64,000 bases of DNA. Source: an uncultured delta proteobacterium. Lineage in GTDB: Bacteria; Desulfobacterota; BSN033; UBA1163. The notes under the pieces are model-generated. The model ran no database searches and was not told the DNA's origin. It saw only the letters and a program-made list of their open reading frames with translations. Shown here piece after piece: positions 58,479-64,000 of the stretch; within the stretch, counting starts at the first letter, position 1; every line of letters starts with the position of its first letter. The DNA is taken from NCBI GenBank assembly GCA_963827685.1, contig CAWHBU010000003.1:416001-480000 (forward strand). The letters run 5' to 3'. Made by a program: the position numbers and the translations under genes.

Positions 58479-59672
58479 CTATACTTCGACCACCTCCTTC
58501 TGAAAGTAAGATTTAGTTGTTAGCATGGCAAAAAGGACCCTCAGCAATTTATGAGCCGTGGCAAGAATTGCTTTTTTAGGCGGTAATCCTTCTGCCTTCC
58601 TTTTAAGAAAATATTGCCTGAAAATATTATTGCTCCTTACCACACAAGTGGTCATAAGGAAAATCACTCGTCTTAGGTGACGATTTCCTCTCTTGGATAT
58701 TCTGCTGATTCCCTCATATTGACCTGACTGGTGAACGGAGGGATCAAGCCCTGCAAAAGCAATCACATGCTTGTGGGATTTGAAATGGTTCATCTCTCCC
58801 AACTCCGCTAAAAAAGTAGAACCGTTAATCTGCTTGATCCCATCGATGGAGGTGATAATCTCGAGATCCTCCACTCTCATCGACTGGCAGGTCTTCACCA
58901 ATACCCCTGTGATCTTTTTCCTCTTCTCTTCGAGATAAAGAAGGGTGGAAATCTTCTCTGAGAGGATTAGTTCCTTGGCTGCACTGTCAGTGGCCACAGA
59001 GGCCTTGGCCATTTGAATAATCTCTTCGGCACTGATCAATACTCGTTTCCTTTTCCCTTCGACATGGATCAGGGCCTTGGCAATCTCTTTGGGCTTTGCC
59101 GCTGTTAGGGTCCTGGCCGAAGGAAACTTGATCAGAACGTGGAGCATCGTCTCCGTAAAGATCTTACACCGATGCTCCAGCTCCGGAAAAGTCATCTTGA
59201 GGAGCCTCCGGATGTCATTCTTTAACCCCGAGATCATCACCGTCAGAGATTCTCGCTCTCTGGCCAGGTCCTTGAGATCCTGACTATTCTGTGAAAACGC
59301 GACCTTGGAAAGGGAATCTTTGTGAGCCAAAAGGAACTGAGCAATGGTAAGAGCATCCTTCTTATCCGTCTTGGTCTTCCTTAAAGATAACCTGGCAAAA
59401 TTGCTAATCAGCAGAGGGTTGATCACCACACAGGGAATCCCTTCCGAAGAAAGAAAGGAAAATAGATTGATGTGGTAACAACCCGTGGATTCCATCGCCA
59501 CGGTAACCTCTGAAAGATTCCCACAATGGGCCTTCACCCTGTCCAGAAACCGAGAAAATCCCTCTCCATCCATTGAAAACTCAAGATAAAAGAGTTTCTT
59601 CCCTTCACGATCTAACCCTTGAGCTGAAGCATAATCCTTAGAAACGTCAATCCCAACGAAAAGTGTCGACAC
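58479..59672 (-). CDS. IS110 DEDD transposase/recombinase
   Basis: GIDVSK, MESTG, KTDKKDA, AGLDPSVHQSG, ISKRGN. Confidence 0.95.
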   Translation of the reverse strand: MSTLFVGIDVSKDYASAQGLDREGKKLFYLEFSMDGEGFSRFLDRVKAHCGNLSEVTVAMESTGCYHINLFSFLSSEGIPCVVINPLLISNFARLSLRKTKTDKKDALTIAQFLLAHKDSLSKVAFSQNSQDLKDLARERESLTVMISGLKNDIRRLLKMTFPELEHRCKIFTETMLHVLIKFPSARTLTAAKPKEIAKALIHVEGKRKRVLISAEEIIQMAKASVATDSAAKELILSEKISTLLYLEEKRKKITGVLVKTCQSMRVEDLEIITSIDGIKQINGSTFLAELGEMNHFKSHKHVIAFAGLDPSVHQSGQYEGISRISKRGNRHLRRVIFLMTTCVVRSNNIFRQYFLKRKAEGLPPKKAILATAHKLLRVLFAMLTTKSYFQKEVVEV

Positions 59673-59704
59673 TGTTACACCTCCTTTTTAAATTGTTAGA
59701 GAAT

Positions 59705-59875
59705 AGGCAGGATGAGCCTCCCCACCAAACCTCCATCATAACAAGGGTTCTTTAGACCCAACCAACCTATCAGGGTTTGGGGAGGCAGGGGACACACTAC
59801 AAAAAGGATTCAATGACCCAGGTGAAAATCAAGTCCTCCTGCCCCTTCCTCTTGAATGGCTTTACCCATTCATTA
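59705..59875 (-). ncRNA. Candidate IS110 bridge RNA
   Basis: 5' hairpin plus two stem-loops with large internal loops; loop-1 strands match the joined flanks. Confidence 0.65.
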
Positions 59876-60157
59876 TGTCATGCCCTTATAACATACTTGA
59901 TGAGTAGGAGGTGTATTCCTCCCAAAAAAGAAAATCCATATTCAATTGTCAAAGAGCAAGACAGGTAAAAATAACTCTGCCTTTTTTTGTTTCTTTCTTC
60001 CTGAAATCCGGAACTCTTAACTTTACCTGATAATGCAACCTTTCAATCAGTAATCGACGACCTGGAGAGTAGAAGCAATAGCTGAAGGACAGGGCGATTT
60101 CATGCCCTGCTTTTATGGTTTGTTAGCCTATAAAGAACTGAAGAGTGGATGGGCAGT

Positions 60158-62269
60158 CTATTTAATCTTTTGATACAAGGCATTTGCCAAACCAGGATTC
60201 ATCGTTTTGAGGATTTCATATTCTTTCAGGGCAAAGCCATGATTACCAATCATAAGATATGCATTTCCAAGGTTGTAATGTGCCTCCGCATAGTCTGGCT
60301 TGATTCTTAGGGCCTCGGCGAAATGGGCAACGGCCTCCTGGGTCTTTCCTTGCCCAGCAAGAGCAATTCCAAGGTTGTAGTGGGCCACCGCAAAGTCTGG
60401 CTTGATTCTCAGGGCCTCGGCATAATGGGCAACGGCCTCCTGGGTCTTTCCTTGCCCGGCAAGAGCAACTCCCAGGTTGTTGTGTGCATCCGCATAGTCT
60501 GGCTTGATTCTCAGGGCCTCGGCATAATGGGCAATGGCCTCCTGGGTCTTTCCCTGCCCGGCAAGAGCAATTCCAAGGTTGTAGTGGGCCCGCGCATAGT
60601 CTGGCTTGATTCTTAGGGCCTCGGCGAAGTGGGCAATGGCCTCCTGGGTCTTTCCCTGCCCAGCAAGAGCAATTCCAAGGTTGTTGTGTGCATCCGCATA
60701 GTCTGGCTTGATTCTCAGGGCCTCGGCATAATGGGCAATGGCCTCCTGGGTCTTTCCCTGCCCGGCAAGAACAAGTCCAAGGTTGTTGTGTGCCTCCTCA
60801 TAGTCTGGCTTGATTCTCAGGGCCTCGGCATAATGGGCAATGGCCTCCTGGGTCTTTCCCTGCCCGGCAAGAATACCTCCAAGGTTGTTGTGTATTATAA
60901 AGTTGTTAGAAGTCGCAGCAAGGGTATGTTCAAAGAGCGTAATGTCATTTTGCCAATGCTTTAATTGCAAATTTGTAACGATCATCAAAAGTGAAAGCAG
61001 TAGGCCAGTTGATACGGAAAGGACCACTTTACGGAAACGCCACCCCGCCAATATATCCGGAACACCCCAGGCCATCATGATGAACAGACCGATCAGCGGT
61101 ACATACGTAAACCGGTCAGCCAAGGCCTGTGGTCCAGCCTGCACTATTCCAATTACAGGAATAAGAGTTCCAAGGTACCAGAACCACCCTACTACAAGAT
61201 AGGGAAGTTTACGGGCGGCACGAATCACCAGAAGAGATATACAGACTAACAACAAACCGGACCCCAATACCTTCCATATGGGCAGCATCTCTTGGTATGG
61301 ATATAAGACTGTCAGGTGTCGGGGCCAGACCATCTTCTCAATGTAACGAACATAGGATACTAGAGCGTTAGCAATCCGGCTCCCCAATGCGTAACTCTCC
61401 AAAGATACTAGGGCTCCCGCTTTCTGCGTTGCGAAGATGGTCAAAATGCTGGATATCGCGCAAAGGACAAAAAACGGAGCCTTCTCACGAATTAGACGAA
61501 GAACAATAGACTTTTGATCACCTGTATCCGATGATTTGGAAGTGTGTGATTTACGATCACCGCTCAATCGCCCAAAGTGAAAACGGCCAAGGGGCCAATA
61601 GTCAAGCAAAAGAAGTACAAATGGCAGGGTTACGAGCATCGGCTTCGACAAAAGGCCCAGGGTAAAGAATAAGAGCGCCAGCAGATATCTATTGAGCCTC
61701 GGCCGCTCGATATAACGGATATATGTCCACATCGTCAGCATCCAAAAAAAAGTGCTCAGAACATCTTTGCGCTCTGCCGCCCATGCCACCGATTCCACGT
61801 GGAGGGGATGCAATGCAAACAAGGCTGCAACAAAGGCGCTCCTCCAGAGTGCCCCTGTCATCCGTTCAAGAACTAAGAACAGCAAGAGAGCACTGGCAAT
61901 GTGAAAAACCAAGTTGGTCAAATGATGCCCGCTCGGGTTCAAACCATAGAGTTGGCAGTCAAGCATGTGGGATAACCATGTCAATGGAATCCAATGGCCT
62001 GCATGTATGGTCGTGAAAGCCCAGGCCACACCCTCGAGAGTCAATCCGGACTGTACGTGTCGGTTTTCCGTTATGTATGCATTGTCATCTAAGCTTATAA
62101 ATGGACAGGTTCTTACCTGCTCAAAGGTAGCAAAGGTTAGTATCATGAGAAACAGACCGAGCAAGAGTACCAAACCATGTTGATGGAACGACCATCCTTT
62201 TGTACGGAGTGGTTTGCCTTGACTCGGTTTTTCAGTGATGATTTTTTTCTTGACCTTACGCTTTGACAT
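60158..62269 (-). CDS. TMTC-like GT-C membrane glycosyltransferase with TPR repeats
   Basis: DDNAYITEN, HPLHVESVAW..ERKD, ADRFTYVP; C-terminal TPRs. Confidence 0.85.
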   Translation of the reverse strand: MSKRKVKKKIITEKPSQGKPLRTKGWSFHQHGLVLLLGLFLMILTFATFEQVRTCPFISLDDNAYITENRHVQSGLTLEGVAWAFTTIHAGHWIPLTWLSHMLDCQLYGLNPSGHHLTNLVFHIASALLLFLVLERMTGALWRSAFVAALFALHPLHVESVAWAAERKDVLSTFFWMLTMWTYIRYIERPRLNRYLLALLFFTLGLLSKPMLVTLPFVLLLLDYWPLGRFHFGRLSGDRKSHTSKSSDTGDQKSIVLRLIREKAPFFVLCAISSILTIFATQKAGALVSLESYALGSRIANALVSYVRYIEKMVWPRHLTVLYPYQEMLPIWKVLGSGLLLVCISLLVIRAARKLPYLVVGWFWYLGTLIPVIGIVQAGPQALADRFTYVPLIGLFIMMAWGVPDILAGWRFRKVVLSVSTGLLLSLLMIVTNLQLKHWQNDITLFEHTLAATSNNFIIHNNLGGILAGQGKTQEAIAHYAEALRIKPDYEEAHNNLGLVLAGQGKTQEAIAHYAEALRIKPDYADAHNNLGIALAGQGKTQEAIAHFAEALRIKPDYARAHYNLGIALAGQGKTQEAIAHYAEALRIKPDYADAHNNLGVALAGQGKTQEAVAHYAEALRIKPDFAVAHYNLGIALAGQGKTQEAVAHFAEALRIKPDYAEAHYNLGNAYLMIGNHGFALKEYEILKTMNPGLANALYQKIK
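60267..60890. repeat. Six near-identical 102-bp tandem TPR units
   Basis: AHNNLGIALAGQGKTQEAIAHYAEALRIKPDY period visible in DNA. Confidence 0.92.
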
Positions 62270-62488
62270 TTTACCAGAGAATTCCCTGTATGCCTTCGCC
62301 TGTGTCTATTTCCCCATTTTTTGCCAGGTAACAGAAGACTTTAAGTTATCTGAAGTTTATTAGATCGAACCAGAGGAGTCAATAGGATCTACAAGTGGTG
62401 AGTGGAAAGAGAAAATTGAGAGACCAGGTATAACACGGAGTCATTGATGATTTCTATCTGACCTTCCCCTGAAAAAGTGGACACATGA

Positions 62489-63346
62489 TTAAGTTTCATT
62501 AAGGAGCTTTTCATACTGCTCTGGGCTCCTGTACCCTAATGCCGAATGACTCCTCTGACGATTATAAAACACTTCCACGTACTCAAAAATACTAAGCCTC
62601 GCCTCCAGCCTTGAACGGTACCGCTCACCATGGACCAACTCCGTCTTGAGCGTGCCAAAGAAAGACTCCACATAGGCATTATCATAACAATTGCCACTTC
62701 TGCTCATACTAGGAGTCATGCCGTATTCTCTTAAAAGCTCCTGATAGGCATAGCTTGCATACTGCCTGCCTCGATCAGAATGGTGGATCAACCCTTCAGA
62801 GGGGCTTTGCCTGCCCACCGCGTCCCTGAGCGCAGCAGAAGCTAGCTCCTGAGAGAGCTTATCGCTCATGGACAGCCCAATGATCTTTCTGCTTTTCACA
62901 TTCATCACTGCTGCCACATAGAGCCATCCCTCAGAAGTGGGCACAAACGTAATATCAGATGCCCATACCCCCTCTGTCTGCCTCTGGTCAATCAGTAAGT
63001 TTGCAGCCAAGGCATAATGATGCCGTGAATCGGTAGTCCGCCTGAATCTCTTTTTCTTCACTTCTGCCCATATGGAGTGCTCTTTCATGATCCTGGCTAC
63101 CCGGTTCTTCCCACATCTAAGACCCTGCTTATTGAGCTCCGCTGCGATCCGCGGACTCCCATAGAGCCTTCTGCTTTGAGTGTGGATCTCCCGTATGTGC
63201 CCCAGCAACTCCTCATCGTCTTTCTGACGTGTGCTCGGTTGACGCGTCTTCCACGCATAATAACCACTTCTGGATACCTTCAACACTTCACTCATACTCC
63301 TTATCTTGTAGGTCTCTCTGTGCTCTTCTATCAACCGATACTTCAT
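62489..63346 (-). CDS. IS3 transposase OrfB
   Basis: Identical protein to 56265-57122. Confidence 0.95.
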   Translation of the reverse strand: MKYRLIEEHRETYKIRSMSEVLKVSRSGYYAWKTRQPSTRQKDDEELLGHIREIHTQSRRLYGSPRIAAELNKQGLRCGKNRVARIMKEHSIWAEVKKKRFRRTTDSRHHYALAANLLIDQRQTEGVWASDITFVPTSEGWLYVAAVMNVKSRKIIGLSMSDKLSQELASAALRDAVGRQSPSEGLIHHSDRGRQYASYAYQELLREYGMTPSMSRSGNCYDNAYVESFFGTLKTELVHGERYRSRLEARLSIFEYVEVFYNRQRSHSALGYRSPEQYEKLLNET

Positions 63347-63639
63347 CTGTTTCGTTTGGAGAATACGGCCAAGGCTTTTTTTAAAATGTCCCTCTCTTCC
63401 TTCACCTTTTCTAATTCCTTCCGGAGCCCCTTTATTTCCGCTTCCTCTGGCGTTACACGGCCCTTCCCTACGAAGGCTTTATCCCCTTTAGCTAAGAACC
63501 TCCTCCTCCATAGATGAAGAAGATTGGGATGGATATCAAGCTCTCGGGCCACCTTGCCTACCGGCATCCCTTTCTCTGTGACCAACTGCACTGCATCTCG
63601 TTTGAACTCACGGCTGAAATGACGATTCTTTTCCCCCAT
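63343..63639 (-). CDS. IS3 transposase OrfA
   Basis: Identical protein to copy 1. Confidence 0.93.
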   Translation of the reverse strand: MGEKNRHFSREFKRDAVQLVTEKGMPVGKVARELDIHPNLLHLWRRRFLAKGDKAFVGKGRVTPEEAEIKGLRKELEKVKEERDILKKALAVFSKRNR

Positions 63640-63848
63640 ACGCACCTCCTGTCCAATGATACAAATTCTCAGGTGTGTCCATCAACTCGGGGGAAGGTCA
63701 ATCCATAATCATTTATCCCTCGCTCCTATCAAAGGCGAAGATTTGTAGGTGAACTAACCAACAGATGACTTGACAGTGTCTGTCAGATTAAGTATCGTTC
63801 AGGACAGGTTAGTGCTCCCGCTCTTTCAAAACCAGGTTTACCGCAGAC

Positions 63849-63957
63849 CTTCCGCCTTAGACTTGGCCTCTCCGTGCTGCATGAGATAGAGTCTCATCGA
63901 CATCACCTCCCCTACAAGACAGTATACCACGTCCCCCTACAAATCTTAACCTTTTAA
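63849..63957 (-). pseudogene. Orphan sixA 5' fragment with RBS and upstream region (repeat copy 2)
   Basis: ATG at 63903 gives MSMRLYLMQHGEAKSKAEGLR* versus MSVRLYLMQHGEARSEAEDP. Confidence 0.88.
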
Positions 63958-64000
63958 ACTCGAGAGTGGCAGATCAAAAATAGTCTATATTCCTCAGTTT

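Larger units (their letters stand above)
58476..59929 (-). mobile_element. IS110-family element with a long non-coding left end
   Basis: DEDD recombinase; boundaries inferred from the guide-to-flank match. Confidence 0.75.
62459..63700 (-). mobile_element. IS3-family element, copy 2 (1242 bp, ATC target duplication)
   Basis: Same TIRs and identical proteins to copy 1. Confidence 0.95.
47982..63957. mobile_element. Genomic island C bounded by the sixA 5'-end duplication
   Basis: About 108-bp direct repeats, accessory cargo, IS elements; no integrase seen. Confidence 0.6.

Noticed and set aside
60267-60890. Regular repeats as a CRISPR array
   Set aside because: 102-bp in-frame TPR units with no unique spacers and no cas genes
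568-63708. Many short ORFs in the supplied track that overlap or lie antisense to well-supported genes
   Set aside because: Shadow frames with no motifs or RBS support
63752-63813. attC-like imperfect hairpin (AACTAAC...GTTAGTG), with weaker ones near 53500-53610
   Set aside because: L/R box spacing does not fit attC, no cassette ORF ends there and no integron integrase is present

Overview
64 kb of bacterial chromosome, most consistent with an anaerobic Deltaproteobacteria/Desulfobacterota-type organism (inferred from gene content and sigma-54/c-di-GMP signalling). The left 36 kb is mostly housekeeping: a GlpD/AGPS-like/FGGY operon, coaX-birA-fusA paralogue, an aminotransferase, kdsB, carD-PIN/TRAM-ispDF-gltX-cysS and comM. 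It also has a sigma-54 and c-di-GMP-riboswitch-led two-component/GGDEF/HD-GYP cluster. From comM onward there are three accreted, integrase-less islands marked by duplicated gene ends: three copies of the comM 3' end and two of the sixA 5' end. Island A is an eight-gene biosynthetic cluster I do not recognise: B12 radical SAM, homocitrate-synthase-like enzyme, aconitase pair, TrxB-like flavoprotein, LuxE, LuxC and U32 protein. Island B is a minimal toxin-antitoxin islet. Island C is a 16 kb signalling/membrane island. It carries two IS3 copies inserted at the same base of a repeated promoter-like target, and an IS110 whose non-coding end matches its reconstructed empty site (bridge-RNA-like). 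Other signals: a Phe/Tyr leader-peptide attenuator, a riboswitch split by two hairpin insertions, and many small palindromic REP/MITE-like elements. No rRNA, tRNA or CRISPR array was seen. All calls come from reading the sequence; no searches were run.
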